Below are positions 38,870-52,180 of a stretch of DNA of 64,000 nt, piece by piece. Both the position numbers and the translations under genes were made by a program. Position 1 is the stretch's first letter. The number at the start of each line of letters is the position of its first letter. Under the pieces are notes generated by a model that was not told the DNA's origin, searched no databases, and saw only the letters and a list, made by a program, of their open reading frames with translations. Source of the DNA: Sphyrna mokarran (taxonomy: Eukaryota). The stretch spans positions 58,218,001 through 58,282,000 of the forward strand of contig JAGIQG010000009.1 in assembly GCA_024679065.1 (NCBI GenBank). The letters are read 5' to 3'.

Positions 38870-39421
38870 CCCCATTGGTTTCTCCCAGTGTTCTCCAATT
38901 GGATCCACGTTTCTCTAGAGTCTTAATCTCTATATCTGACATCCAAGCCCCAGTTTCCCCCATTTCTACTCCCAGTACTCTGGAGTCATTCCCTTGGTCT
39001 CTTCAGAGTCTTCCTCCAATGTCCTGTATTTATCTTCCTCGTCTCCCACAACTAGACCCGTGATATCCTTCAAATGTTACCCTGGTCTCTCCGTCTCTGT
39101 TCCCAGTATCCTTTCAGTGTTACCCCAGTCTCCAAGTAGACCCCAATATGCTTCCAGTGTTATCCCAGTCTCCTCTCACTAGCCCCCCAGTACTCTTCCA
39201 GTGTTACCCTAGTCTCCTCTCACTAGGCCCCCAGCACACTTCCCTGACTAGGCCCCTGGTACTCTTCCAGTTTTATGCCGGTGTTCCCTAATTTCCTCTG
39301 ACTAGGCCCTCAGTACCCTTCCAGTGTTATCTGGATCTCCACCAACTAGCACCCAGTATCTTTCTTGTGTTATCTCGGTCACTCTTAACTAGGATCTGAT
39401 ATTTTTTCAGTATTACCCCAG
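38870..39421. repeat. Degenerate minisatellite, unit about 40-45 bp
   Basis: Recurrent ccccagtactcttccagtgttatcccagtctcctctcactagg-like units, clearest at 39140-39400. Confidence 0.75.
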
Positions 39422-40407
39422 TTGAGGCAAAGGCCGGTCATCCCTGAGTCATGCTAGTGTCCCCAAGGCTAAGGCTAGTTACCCCCACCACCACCACCAC
39501 TACCACCACCTTTTCCATTCCCTCCGCCCCAATCACCTCAAGTTGAGCTTAGGGTGCATGCCTTTTGAAATCAGTCATGATTCGTGCCATTCCAGCATAC
39601 AGGCTCAATAATAAGAAGCAAATGCATTATTATGATATTCCTGATTTTCAATGGTGGGAAATGCATTTCACCACTGATGGGGAGGAAAGATCACAACAAA
39701 TTTCACACCTACGTAAATTACAACTTTTGCTTTCTCGCAATATTTACTGCTCCACCATTGAACATTCCTGACAATAACAGAAGTGGAAATTTTCAGCTGA
39801 TCTGTGCCTGTAATTCACAGAGTATGCATATTTACTATTGAAAATCATACAGAACACACAAGAATGTTTGCCTCATGCAACAACTTGAAGGGTATTTTTC
39901 TGCAATCTGTAACAACATTTATGTGTTTGTTTTTATAAATGATTTCAAAGCTAGCTGGACCATGAATTTTATAACTTTTTCTAGGTTATGTATTAAGGGA
40001 AAAAATATTTTCAAATGCTTATTTTTACTTGCTAAGAAGGTTAGAAGTTGATGATAAGACCACCTGTGTTTTATTTTATTCAAAGTGAAAATCCAGAAAC
40101 AATCAAAACTTACAAAAAGATTTATTTATTTTTCTCAGTGCAAATCTCAAAGTGTGTCAATTCTTAGGACATAACAGTTTTGATGAGAAACATAGAAACC
40201 TTAACACAAGAACCTGAGATATCTCTTTTTGCAAATGATTTGAAAACAAACTGGAGAATGAATTTTAAAAGTGTTGTAAGTCATAATTTCCCTTCAAAAC
40301 TAGTGTCAAGTTCTTAAGTCTAAGAGTGTAAAAGATTTAGGCTCAAAGATAGAAATAATGAGGAATGATTAGATCCCCTATGGATTTTGAAAATTGTGCT
40401 TAACGTT

Positions 40408-41815
40408 TTTTTAAAACTACTTTATTCTTTCATGAGATGTAGGCATTGCTGGCAAGGCCAACAATTGCTCTCCAGCCTAAATTGGCAAGTAGGTTCTTGC
40501 TGCGGAAGCCTTTTGATGGCATTGTCAACGACATCTTCTATCACTTTGCTGATGATTGTGAGGATGCTAATGAGGTGCTAACTGGCTGGTTTGAATTTGC
40601 TCTCTTTTTATGGACATGACATACCTGGATGCCAGTGTTTTAACTGTACTGGAACAACTTAACAAGGGACATAGCTAGTTTCAGAGAACAACTATTCAGT
40701 CCTACAGGATATTGTCAGGATCTGCAGTGTCCAGTACCTTCAACTGTTTCCTGATGAGTGAATTAAATTGTTTGAAGATTAACATCTTTGATCCTGGGAC
40801 CTGAGGAAGAGGCCAGAGTGGATCACTGATTTGGCACTTCTGGCTGAAGATACTTCAGACTTTTGCACTAATATGGTGGGCTCCCTCTTCTTTGAGGATG
40901 GGGATATTTTTAATTTTGTAATAGTCCACACCAATTCACAATTCAATATAGCAAGACAGCAAAGCTATGATCTGATTGTGGCTGTGAGATTGACGATGAT
41001 TGCACAATGTTCAGCAAGATTTGTGACTTCTTAAACACAGAAGTAGTCCATATCCACATGTAGCAAGACCTAGATAGTTTTCAGACTTGGGTTGATAAAT
41101 GATAAGTAACATTCGCACCAAACAAGTGTCAGGCAGTAATCACTTCCAACAAAAGAGAATCTAAGTATCTCCAGCCGGCATTCAGTTTTGTTGCTGAAAT
41201 CCCCACTATCAACATCCTGCAGTTAACAGGATGAAACTAATAAATCAGAAACTAATTATAATAGCAGATCAGAGGATGGGAATCCTGCAAGTAACTCACC
41301 TCCTAACATTCCAAAGTCTATCCAACATTTACAAGACACAAGTCAGGAATGCAATGAATATTCTCCACTTGAAAAGTTAGCTCCAACAACAATCAGAAGC
41401 ACAACACCATCCATGACAAGAAGCCCACTTGATCAGCACTCCATCCAACACCTGAGACATTTACTCCCTCCCCCATTAATGCACAATGCAGCAATATGTA
41501 TTATCTACAAATCACCAAGGCTCCTTCCAAACCTGCAACCTTCACAACCTCAAAGAACAAGGGCAGCAGATGTACGCGAACTTGCAAGTTCCCCTTCAAG
41601 TAACGTTCCATCCAGGCTCGGAACCATATTGTCATTCCTTCCCTGTTGTTGGATCAAAATCCAAGAACTCCCTTCCTAATAACACTGTGGATTTAACTAC
41701 ACCACATAGACTGCAGTAGTTCAAGGCAGTGACTCATGCCATCTTCTCAAGGATAATAATTGATGGGCAATAGATGCTGGCATTGTCAGCGATGCTCAAA
41801 TCTGCTGAAAGAATT
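40408..41815. mobile_element. Two fragments of a second CR1/L2-group LINE family, head to head (- about 40408-41035, + about 41036-41815)
   Basis: The + part has WVDK..VTFAPNKCQ and a 3' end gatgggcaatagatgctggc shared with 62480-63785. The left end carries the same 3' end in reverse. Confidence 0.65.
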
Positions 41816-42029
41816 TTTAAAGACAGGTAACATACCTTTAAATATTGCTGAAATCCATTACAATGGGAAAACTTTTATAGCTCCTCATCAGCACATTTGA
41901 AAATAAAGGAATGGCACATAAAATAAAATAGGTGGTCTGTTCCCTGCCTACTCCCAACCTGTCCAAATATTACAGTGGGCAGTTAAGGCATCCAGCAGTT
42001 GACTTTTCTTTTAGCTCACCCATGCCTGC

Positions 42030-42145
42030 CACATGGCGATTTACCATTTACTATGGTGGGATTCAAGCCTGGAATCCCAGAACATTGCTCCAGATTTGTG
42101 GTTTATCAAATCAGTACCTATACTACTGGGTAACATGAAGGCCAA
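42030..42145 (-). mobile_element. tRNA-derived SINE head related to 61400-61737
   Basis: Minus strand aatgttctgggattccaggcttgaatcccacca parallels tgttctgaggatccaggttcgaatcccacta at about 61460. Confidence 0.5.
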
Positions 42146-43214
42146 CCCATAGAGCTATTGAGACTCTTTAATGGATAATTAGCTGTCACTTAAGAGCATC
42201 ATTCCACCTCTCCCCAATTTTTGGTCTTCAGGGGAAGTCAGAAATAAGTCAGACAGCTTGGGAGCTTTGCCAATGTAGGCAGAATGTGGGAAAGTGGGGT
42301 TGCAGGGGGAATACTCTGTGCCCATCAGGGAATGGATGTTAACCCCAGCCTCTGTAACCTGACACCCCACCCTTTTCTCATTTGCTAGGTTTCCTATCCT
42401 TGCTCACCCAAAATCTCTGGACTTAGTCTACAAGGCATCTCCATTGGGGCTGGATGCCTGTAATCCCAGCAATAGCAATAGCCACTACTGTTTTCTGGTG
42501 CTGTTGGGAATGGGACTACAGAGCTACCTGGCTGGCAACTCTCTGAAGTATGACTTCCTATCCCTCAGAATAAGTCATCCCACTCTGCACTAAGACCACA
42601 GCCAATGATTTGTAAGGCGGAGGGGAGTTGATGCATCCTCTCTTAAAATCTACCCCAATATTTACTTTATTCCTAATTAGCTGTTCACTGTTCTGAAAAG
42701 ACATTAGATAAACTCTAACAAACACAATACTGTGCAGCTGCCTAATTAGTGTGTATAAGCAATAAAAGTTGTAATCAGCTGTTCAATGATCCTCCATCAG
42801 CCATCCCAAGCACAACGTTCAACTGTTTTTCCAAGATGGAGTCTGCACTAAATGTGAGCTAACCAGCATTTCAACTGAAGTCCCCATCTCGGTCATCTGG
42901 CAGATTCTTAAGCATGTAAAATTTCTTGAGAAAATTACCCCCAGGCTGCTCCCCATTCCAAACTCATCACTGGAAGGGCCATAGTATATAGCTGTTCCAG
43001 CAGCTTACTGCATTCAGCCTTGCAGATAATGTTGATATTTTGAAGGAATCAGAAGATAAGCAACTCATTGTAATGTGACCAGCTTCTACCTTGCTCTTGA
43101 AGTCAATGATGTTGATACATCTGACCCAGCTAAGTATCTGGTAAGTAGGGATCCCCATGAGATAGTGATGAATTTAGCAATGATGGCACAATGAAGGTCA
43201 GGGAGGAGAAATAC

Positions 43215-44552
43215 CTGAGGATTAGACAACTGGCAATGTAACATCCTTATTCAAAAAGGGAGGGAGACAAGAATCAGGTAACTATAGGTGAATTAGCCTA
43301 ACATCTATTTTTGGAAAAGTGTTGGAATCAATTATTAAGGAAGTGGTAGCAGCACATTTGAAACATCATAATCTAATCAAGCAGAGTTAGCAAGGCTTCA
43401 TGAAAGGGAAATTGTGCCTGACTAATTTATTAGACCTGATTTTTGAGGATGTCTCAACCAGAGTGGATAGAAGAGAACCAATCAATGTCTTGTACTTGGA
43501 CTTACAGAAGGTATTCAACAGGGTACCTCACAAAAGGTTAAGTCATAAGATTAGGGCTTATGGTGTTGAAGATTGGCATGGATAGAGAATTGGTTAATGG
43601 ACAGAAAACACTGAGCGGGGATAAGGAGTTCTTTTTCAGGTAACCAGTGGGGTTCCACAAGGATAAGTGCTGGGATAACAACATATATATTAATGATTTG
43701 AGGAAGGAAATGAATGCACAGTAGCCAGATTTGCAGACAACACAAAAATAGATGAAAAGGCAAGTTCCAAGGGGGATACAAACTGTTTACAAAGAGATAT
43801 GGTGGATTAATTACATGGGCAAAAAGTTGGCAAATGGAGTATAATGTGGGAAAATATGAAGTTGTTTGTTTTAAAAGATTAAAAGACAGTATTATTTAAA
43901 TGGAGAAAGACTACAGAAAGCTAGCACACAGGTACAGGTAATCAGAAAGGCTAATGGAATGTTGGCCCTTACTTCAAGGCAGTTGGAGTACAAGAGAAGG
44001 GGAGTCTTGCTGCAACCGTACAAAGAAAAGGTGAGACCACATCTGGAGTACTATGAGCAGTTTTGGTCCCCTTATTTAAGGAAAGATATTACTTCATTGA
44101 AAGCAGTTCAGAGAAGATTCACTGGGATGATCCCAGGTATGGAGGGTTTGTCCTATAACGAAAAGTTGTCACTCGACTCACTGGAATTCAGAAGAATGAG
44201 AGATGATATCACTGAAACATATAGGATTTTTAAAGGACTTGACAGAGTACATGCTGAGAGGATGTTTCCCTTCATGGAAGAGTCTAGGACCATAGAGCAT
44301 AGTCTCAAAATAAAGGGGTGAGATGAGGAAAAATCTCTTCTCTCAGAGAGTTTTGACTCTTTGAGTCTTGCCACAGAGGACTGTGGGGGCAGACTCGATG
44401 TGTATGTTTAAGGCTGAGATAGATAGATTTTTGATCAATAAAGATTTTGTATAAATGGCAGGAAAGTGGACATGAGGAATGTTGGATCAGCCATGATCCT
44501 AACAAATAGTGGAGCAGGCTGGAAGTGCCTACTTCTGTTCATATTTCTTATG
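43215..44552 (+). mobile_element. CR1 LINE 3' part, degenerate
   Basis: KGKLCLTNLL, VLYLDLQKVF and VRPHLEYYEQFWSPYLRKD; 3' tail atttcttatg. Confidence 0.9.
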
Positions 44553-44689
44553 GTTGCATTATAGTCTTGTTTTCCTTTGTTGAAATGTCCATTACTTGGC
44601 GCTTAAATGTTTCTTCCATATATGTCAAAAAATGGATATTATCCCCATCCAAGTGTAGGCTGTCATATGCTGCCTTATTTTAAAAATAT

Positions 44690-45400
44690 TATGAATGGAG
44701 CTGAACAGTATGGGATCATCAACAAACTTATGGCAGAGAAAGCATCAATGAAGCAATGGAACACACTGTTTGAGGGATCCTGCATTGGCATCCTAAGATG
44801 TGATATCTGGACTCTGTCAACCATGCCCCATTTTCTTTTGTGTGAAGTAAAACTCCAGCCACTGGAGGATCTTTTCTTTAACTCACTTGATATCATCATT
44901 GAGTTCCACTTTGATGGCGATAGAAGCTCCTCTCATTTCTATGCCAATAATCAGCTCTTGTGTATATAAGGTTTAGAATTAAATGGCTCTGGAGAAGCAT
45001 CTTCTGGGTAAATGCCAACAGCATAGCTGCACATCAACAGATAGGTGGGTTCCTTCTGTTCCTGATGCTGATCCAGTTAGTCAGGCATGTATACCCCAAG
45101 TCCAGCATGGTTGGTGCAGCAGAGCCATTTTTAGCATTGGTCACTGAAGTCTGTCATCCTTTTTTCAATGTTTCCTACAAGTAATGTAGCACTTGGTGGA
45201 GAACTGATTCAACAATTGCAAGGCATAGTAGGTGGCAGTAATATTGGGTTTCCTTGCCTTATTTGCTCTGTAACCATTGGCTTTAAGGGTCAATCTAGAA
45301 TCACTGCCACTCAAATTTATAAAATCAGTGGGGCTATTTTGCTAGTAGAATGGGATAAATTAAGGGATGGTAGTGGAACAGTCTGAAACATTGCCTGATA
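44690..45400 (-). mobile_element. Possible Vingi/Ingi-type LINE remnant
   Basis: Broken minus-strand translation recalls the Vingi C-terminus (TG.IR.TPT.L..LAGI.P...; W..L.R.RT..GRC...C.C). Highly decayed. Confidence 0.4.
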
Positions 45401-46389
45401 TGTTATTTTTACCTTAAGCCTCTCCAGCAAATGTTTGTTTGGTGTCTCATAGTAATGTGATGATCTTTGACCCAGAAACAGTATAATGAGGACAATTTGA
45501 ATTTCTTCAAAAAAATCTAAGGGATCCATAATTACTTTTATGAATATTTGAAGGTAACTTTTAAGAGTTTGCATCAATTATCAAGGAAGCAATAGTAATT
45601 TTCTCGTATAATAATAAATAATGGTTGATGTGACCTGGTGATCTTTAACTTGGAAGGAGTACCAACATGAAGGGAAGTTACAACTCAGTGTGGGCAAAGA
45701 CAAAGGGCAGAGTGTTATCATTTAACTCAGTCAACTCAGGCAGGAAAAGCTCCACTATCAGCTTTACATATTTTATCTTTTAACATTTAAAAAATATTCA
45801 GGATGTGGGTCCCACAATGTCACGCTGGCAAATGGGTTCTACATGACCCTGTAGTGCCAGCAACCTTGGTTTTCAAGAGATTGGGATGCTTTTTTAAATG
45901 ACAGCCCTATTTTTTAAAAAAAATAACCAAAAGAAGGATTCCTACGGATTTGGAGATGTCTCCCTGTATAACATTCATGGGGACTCCACCCCACAGATAT
46001 AAGGAACACCTCCCACAGACACGGGAAATACTGTCCCCCCCTGCTCAAATAGAACCCCAACAGAAGCTCCTTTTTTCACTATTGCCACCTGGCACTGCTG
46101 CTGAACAATGGGATACTGATAGGTAGCTGCTCGGGCATGACTCTCTCCCTATGGGGGCTGTATTTAACTTTACACCCCTCATGGGTTCTCTTCAGCAGGT
46201 CCCGTTTGTCAGGATCTGTTGTTAACCCCAAATTCTAACATTAATTCTGGTACAAACAATAAATTACACATGGAATAGCAAGTACAAAAGATTACAAGCA
46301 TTTGCATCATTTCCCACACAAATGTGGCACCATGTGCAATGTTACAGCCCTTTTCTTTGGAACACTGGAATTTTCTTCTTTTGTTACAG

Positions 46390-46645
46390 TGATTAGCACC
46401 TCATTGCGCCAAGGGTCCAACTCCAGTTCATGGCTTGAGTCACTGTCTGGTGGAGTCTGCATGTTCTCGCTGTGTCTGTGTGGGTTTTCTTTGGGTGCTC
46501 CAATGTCCTCCCATATGATATGCTGGTTAGGTGCATGAGCCATGTGAAATTCTCCCTCAGTGTATCTGAACAAGCACTGGAGCATGGCAAACAGGACATT
46601 TTCACAGTAAGGTAAGCCTACTTGTGATAATAATAAATAAACTTT
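46390..46645 (+). mobile_element. V-SINE variant with a non-CR1 tail
   Basis: V-domain as in HE1 but tail ..ttttcacagtaa..gtaagcctacttgtgataataataaataaacttt. A reverse copy of this tail lies at about 54968-55018. Confidence 0.7.
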
Positions 46646-47821
46646 AAACAATGGTCCTTGAGTCACCTACAACAGCTCCATTTCTTTAAAGTTTGGTCAT
46701 CACTCAAATAGCAGACTCTAGCAGGAAAGTTCTAGCCAGGTCCATGCAGTCTTGATAATGAAGATTCCTCAAAGACTGCTTTAGTTGACTTCTTTAATAA
46801 ACCTCATGAAACAGTCTGGTTGGCTTTGTCAAAACTAAAGCAAAGCAGTGGAATTTTTCATTGCATAATTGCTGCTCTGTCTTCTGCATTCTGTTCTTTT
46901 TAACTGTATTATACACAAACAAACATAGAAGTCCTTGTAAATGTGCCTTACCTATTCTTCCGCACAGCAGTTTCTTTAGCCAGGATTCTCCGTCCCATTT
47001 TCAGCAGGTGAAAAAGTCAGTGGGGCCAGGGAAGCCAATGGGAGTCCCTAAATGTCTTTTACACCAGTGGTATTTTCTGTTCTGATTGTTTCTGCTCATG
47101 ATGTAATGGAAATTGAACCCCACTAGCATAAATTTACATCTAATTAGTGGGCTTCCACACTCTTATTATTCCCCCCACATTAGTTAATAATTAACGAATT
47201 TTACAATAGGTTCTAATGAATGGTGACCTGGTGAACAAACCAGTTGAATACAGTCCCTGGGGAGAGAGGATCATATCCAGAGCTAGTGGCTAAGTACTGT
47301 AAATTCATGCTATTACGTCTGATTTCAATACTGAGGCTATTAGTGAGGATCATAAATGCACGCCCTAGGGAAGACCTTCTGGATTTCAGCATTTAACTCC
47401 ATATGCGCATTTACCAAAGTTACTGTCAGATTTACCTTGTAATAACAGTGTCAATATCTTTGCTATTATTATTACAACAAAATCTAGGCCATAATAATGC
47501 CTTACCAATATCTCTATCCTATATTTTTAACCCTGCATTCTACTTAATTATTCAGTTATTTCATCACATTGTCTTCTTTAGACATTACAATTGTTATATC
47601 TTATCACTATTAATATTACATGAAATTCCAAAACATTGCTGATTTACCAGAAATGTAGATTTTCTACTCCTCAATAAATATTTGGCAGTAAGTCATTCTA
47701 CATCTCTGCTGTAATTAAAGTTATGAAAACTGAATCTTGTGCATAAATTTGTTTTTTAACATGCGGATGCAGAAGCAATCTTTTTTTTTAGCCATAAATC
47801 TTTTGCCTCAGTTTTGATAAG

Positions 47822-48410
47822 AGTCGTAGAAGTGTACAGTATGGAAATAGGCCCTTTGGCCCAACTTGTCCATGTCACTCTTTTTCTTTTAAACCACTAA
47901 GCTAATCCCCAATTGCCCACATTTGGCCCATATCCCTCTCTATCTTATCCATGTAATTGTCCAAATGCTTTTTATGAGACAAAATTGTACTCACCTCTAT
48001 TACTATACTTGTCAGCTTGTTCCTAATACTCACCACCTTCTGTGTAAAAATAATTGCCCTGCAGACCCTTTTGTATCTCTCCCCATCATTAAAACCAATG
48101 CCCTCTAGTTTTTGACTCCCCTATCTTTGGAAAAAGATGTTGACTATTTAACTGCCTATGGTCCTCATTTTTTTTTAGATCTCTATAAGATCACTCCTAA
48201 GCCTCCTATGCTCCACGGAAAAAGTTCCAGTCTATCCAGCTTCTCCTTATAACTCAAACCATCAAGTCCCAATAGCATCCTAGTAACTTTTTTTTGCATT
48301 CTTTCAGATTTAATAATATCATTTCTATAACAGGGTGACTAGTAATTGTACACAGTATTCCTACCAATGTCTTGTACAACTTCAACAAGACGTCTCTACT
48401 CCTGTATTCA
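47822..48410 (-). mobile_element. CR1 LINE 3' fragment
   Basis: aggccctttggcccaac 3'UTR plus RT C-terminal remnants on the minus strand. Confidence 0.75.
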
Positions 48411-48964
48411 TTAACCAATTAACAAACTAATATAAATACCTAAATATATTTTCTTGGAAAAATGTAATCCTTTTCATTTTCAGATTAACATCATTGAATT
48501 GGTATGCCTGGCTCCTAGTTGCTGTATTCGTAGTGCATCATGAAGAGCATCACTGTAAGCTTCTCAATCCAGCCAGTGTAAACAAATTTGGTAATGCAGA
48601 CAGGATTCTGGTGCTGTGTTTCCAAGCAAGCTCAACAATTTTGTAAAAATGTTTAAATTATCCTGGTTAAAATCATTTGGGAGCAACAAGCCCTGCATTG
48701 CATATTGACTTTGGCAAATGTGCTGCATCAGAAAACTTTTACACTATTAAATCAAATTTGGAACCTCTGTCAATTATGCTTTAATTCTGTACCAAAGCTA
48801 AGCCAAAGGCTGATCTTTCAATATTCTTCTATTTCTTTTCAACAGTTTCTACCGCTTCCTCGAATTATCCTTTATAGTCTTTTTGACTGTAAATGGCAAA
48901 CAATAATTGAATTTGAACCTTTCTTCGCCAACATGCATATTACATCACAGATCACTGCATAACA

Positions 48965-49132
48965 ATTATGAGCGGGAACCCTGACTTTTTTTATCCCAGT
49001 CAATAAACCACCCACCCATACTTCACCCAGGTGTTTTAAGGTCAATCACAGTACACCTTCCAAGTCCAGCTAAGAGCAGAAAACTCAGTATAGGTCAAGG
49101 ACTGAACCTATGACTTTTCCTACTCAGTATGA
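48965..49132 (-). mobile_element. LF-SINE-like ancient SINE relic
   Basis: Minus strand ggttcagtccttgacctatactgagttttctgctcttagc..gattgacctt..cacctggg..aaaaaaagtcagggttcccgctc follows the recalled LF-SINE body order. Confidence 0.5.
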
Positions 49133-49279
49133 AATAATCATTTATTTTAACAGGGTTTAATCAATCATTACAAAAGCACATTGGAAGTTTCATGAAGTCC
49201 CATTTCTGAAAGAATCTGCAATTACAACTTGATAGGAGTACTATAATAACTTGTAGTTAATTATGCAGCTATAATAATT

Positions 49280-49900
49280 CTTTCCTGGTGTAAATGGTTC
49301 AGAGGAAGGTCACAACAATGATTCTCAGTTTAATGAACCATTAGCTACCTAAATAGGTTTATGGAACTGGTTTATTCTTGTTAGAAAAATACAGACTGAG
49401 GAATGATTTGATTGTGGTTTATAAGATAGTAAAGGAACTAGATTGTGCACACACTTACAGATTATTTCAATTAGATATAGTTGGGGGAATCCAGGTTCAA
49501 GTGTATAAATATGAAAAGAAAAAAATTTGTTGGATGTTAGACAGCTCTTCCTCACACAAAGAATAGTTAATCTGTGGATCAAAATGCTAGCTTGTAAGGT
49601 GGGTGCTGATTCATTGTGTACCATCAGTAGAAAGATGGACGGGTTTCTGGACAAGGCTGAGATTGCATCATGCAAGAAGTCTTGCTCAATGTAGTCCTCT
49701 AGGCTAGTCACTTAGAAGAAACAGAGAGGACTTTTTTGGATTTTGTCCTCCTAATTAGCCTTGGATTTCTGAATTGTTCTTTTTTAACTCTGACAGGACA
49801 CAAAACAACACTTGGGAGAAGGGAGCTTTTTGCCACAATGTAGAGAACAAGATTGTTCCAGTGACTTTTCCTACCTGATGCTTTATTTTGTTCATTTATG
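49280..49900 (+). mobile_element. Old CR1/L3-like 3' fragment
   Basis: LEKYRLRNDLIVVYKIVKELD remnant. Confidence 0.6.
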
Positions 49901-50228
49901 CAAGGCAGCTGCTAAGTAAACCAACTAGACAAAGGGCTTCATTTCAATTACATAGTAAGTTCATTTTCACTGCTTTGATTTACAAATAAATCCTTTCTAT
50001 TCCACATAGAGTGCTATCATTTTCCAGAGTGATTCTCGAATGTCCTGATCAGGAAAGAAATCTGTGTTACAACTGTTGAGAAACCTCAGTGAAGAGCCAA
50101 ATCCTGTAAAAAGGCACTAAGGTAAGAGAAAGAAATACAAACCTACAGATAATGGTTAGACAAGAATGTACGAAGAGAAGATACAACAAGGTAATGATGT
50201 AATGATGCTAGTGCACTCCAGGTAGTTC

Positions 50229-52180
50229 ATAGAACATAGAACACTACAGCACAAACAGGCCCTTTGGCCCACGAGTTGCGCCGATCACATCTATACCTAC
50301 CAATCCACAGACCTATCTATAACCCCCTATCCCATTCATTCCCATATACTCATCCAGAAGTCTTTTAAAAGACCCCAGCGAGTTCACCTCTACCACCTCC
50401 GATGGCAGCCGATTCCATTCACTCACCACCCTCAGTGAAAAACTTACCCCTAACATCCCCTCTGTATTTGCTTCCCTGCACCTTAAATCTGTCCTCTCAT
50501 AGTGACCATTTCAGCTCGGGGAAATAGCCTCTGAGAATCCACCCTATCTATTCCTCTCAACATTTTATAAACCTCTATCAGGTCGCCTCTCAACCTATGT
50601 CTCTCCAGGGAGAAGAGTCCCAGCTCCCTCAACCTATCTTCATAAGGCATGCCTCCCAATCCAGGCAGCATCCTTACAAACCTCCTCTGCACTCTTTCAA
50701 TAGCTTCTACATCCTTCCTATAGTGAGGCGACCAGAACTGCACACAGTATTCCAAGTGGGGTCTGACAAGGGTCTTATAAAGCTGCATCATTACCTCCTG
50801 ACTCCTAAACTCAATTCCTCGATTAATGAAGGCCAGTACACCATACGCCTTCTTGACCACTTCCTCCACCTGCGAGGCCAATTTCAGAGTCCTATGAACC
50901 TGGACCCCAAGATCCTTCTGCTCTACAACATAGCTAAGACTCCTACCCATTACTCCTTCATCCCATTATTCTTGCCAAAATGGACCACTACACATTTATC
51001 CGCGTTGAAGTCCATCTGCCACTTCTCCGCCCAGTCTTGCATCCTGTCTATGTCCCGCTGCAACTTTTGGCATCCCTCCAGACCATCCACAACACCACCG
51101 ATCTTTGTATCGTCAGTGAACTTGCTAACCCATCCCTCCACTTCCTCATCCAGGTCATTTATGAAAATGACAAACAGCAGGGTCCCAGAACAGATCCCTG
51201 GGGCACTCCACTGGTTACCGACCTCCATGCAGAACAAGACCCATCCACAACCACTCTCTGCCTTCTGCCGGCAAGCCAGTTCTGGATCCACGAGGCCAAA
51301 GTCCCTTGGATCCCATGCCCTCTCACCTTCTCCAGAAGCCTTGCATGTGGGACCTTATCAAACGCCTTACTAAAGTCCATGTACACTACGTCCACCGCTC
51401 TTCCTTCGTCAATGTGTTCAGTCACATTTTCGAAGAACTCAACTAGGCTCGTAAGGCATGACCTGCCCTTGACAAAACCATGCTGACTACTTCTGATCAG
51501 TCTAAACTTCTCCAAATGTTCATAAATCTTATCCCTCAGAAGCCTCTCCATCAGCTTACCAACCACTGAAGTCAGACTCACCAGTCGGTAATTTCCTGGA
51601 CTATCCTTGTTCCCTTTCTTAAAAATAGGAACCACATCCGCAATCCTCCAATCCTCCAGAACCTCTCCCGTTTCCATGGACGATGCAAAGATCATTGCCA
51701 GGGGCTCTGCAATCCCTTCCCTCACTTCCCACAATAACCTGGGGTATATCCCATCCGGTCCCGGCGACTTGTCTATCTTGATAGAATTTAACAGATCTAA
51801 CACATCCTCTTTCCTAACATCCACATACTCAATCTTTTCTATTTGCCTCAAACCTGCAGTACAACCTCCCAGATCACTTTCCACTGTGAATACCGAGGCA
51901 AAGTACTCGTTAAGCATCTCTGCCATTTCTTCCGGATTCACACAGACTTTTCCCCCTTCACCTTTTATAGGTCCTTTCCCTTCTCTTCTCATCCTTTTAC
52001 TTTTCACATATTTGTAGAAGGCCTTGGGATTCTCCTTAATCTTACCCGCCAAGGCCTTCTCATGACCCCTTCTGGCTCTCCTAATTTCCTTTTTAAGCTC
52101 CCTTCTACACACCTTATACTCCTCTAGATCCCTAACACCTCCTAGCTCTCTGAACCTTTTATACACCTTTCTTTTCTTCA
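50229..52180 (-). mobile_element. Fairly young 5'-truncated CR1 LINE with frameshifts
   Basis: ORFs 51159-52181, 50950-51291 and 50483-50950 form one ORF2 broken by indels (KSPGPDGIYP, QHGFVKGRSC, KFTDDTK); tail catagaacatagaac at 50229. Confidence 0.95.

Noticed and set aside
38870-39421. Repeat array considered as CRISPR-like
   Set aside because: Eukaryotic context, degenerate units with no unique spacers, and no cas genes.
50597-51373. 258-aa plus-strand ORF
   Set aside because: Antisense shadow of the CR1 RT frame.
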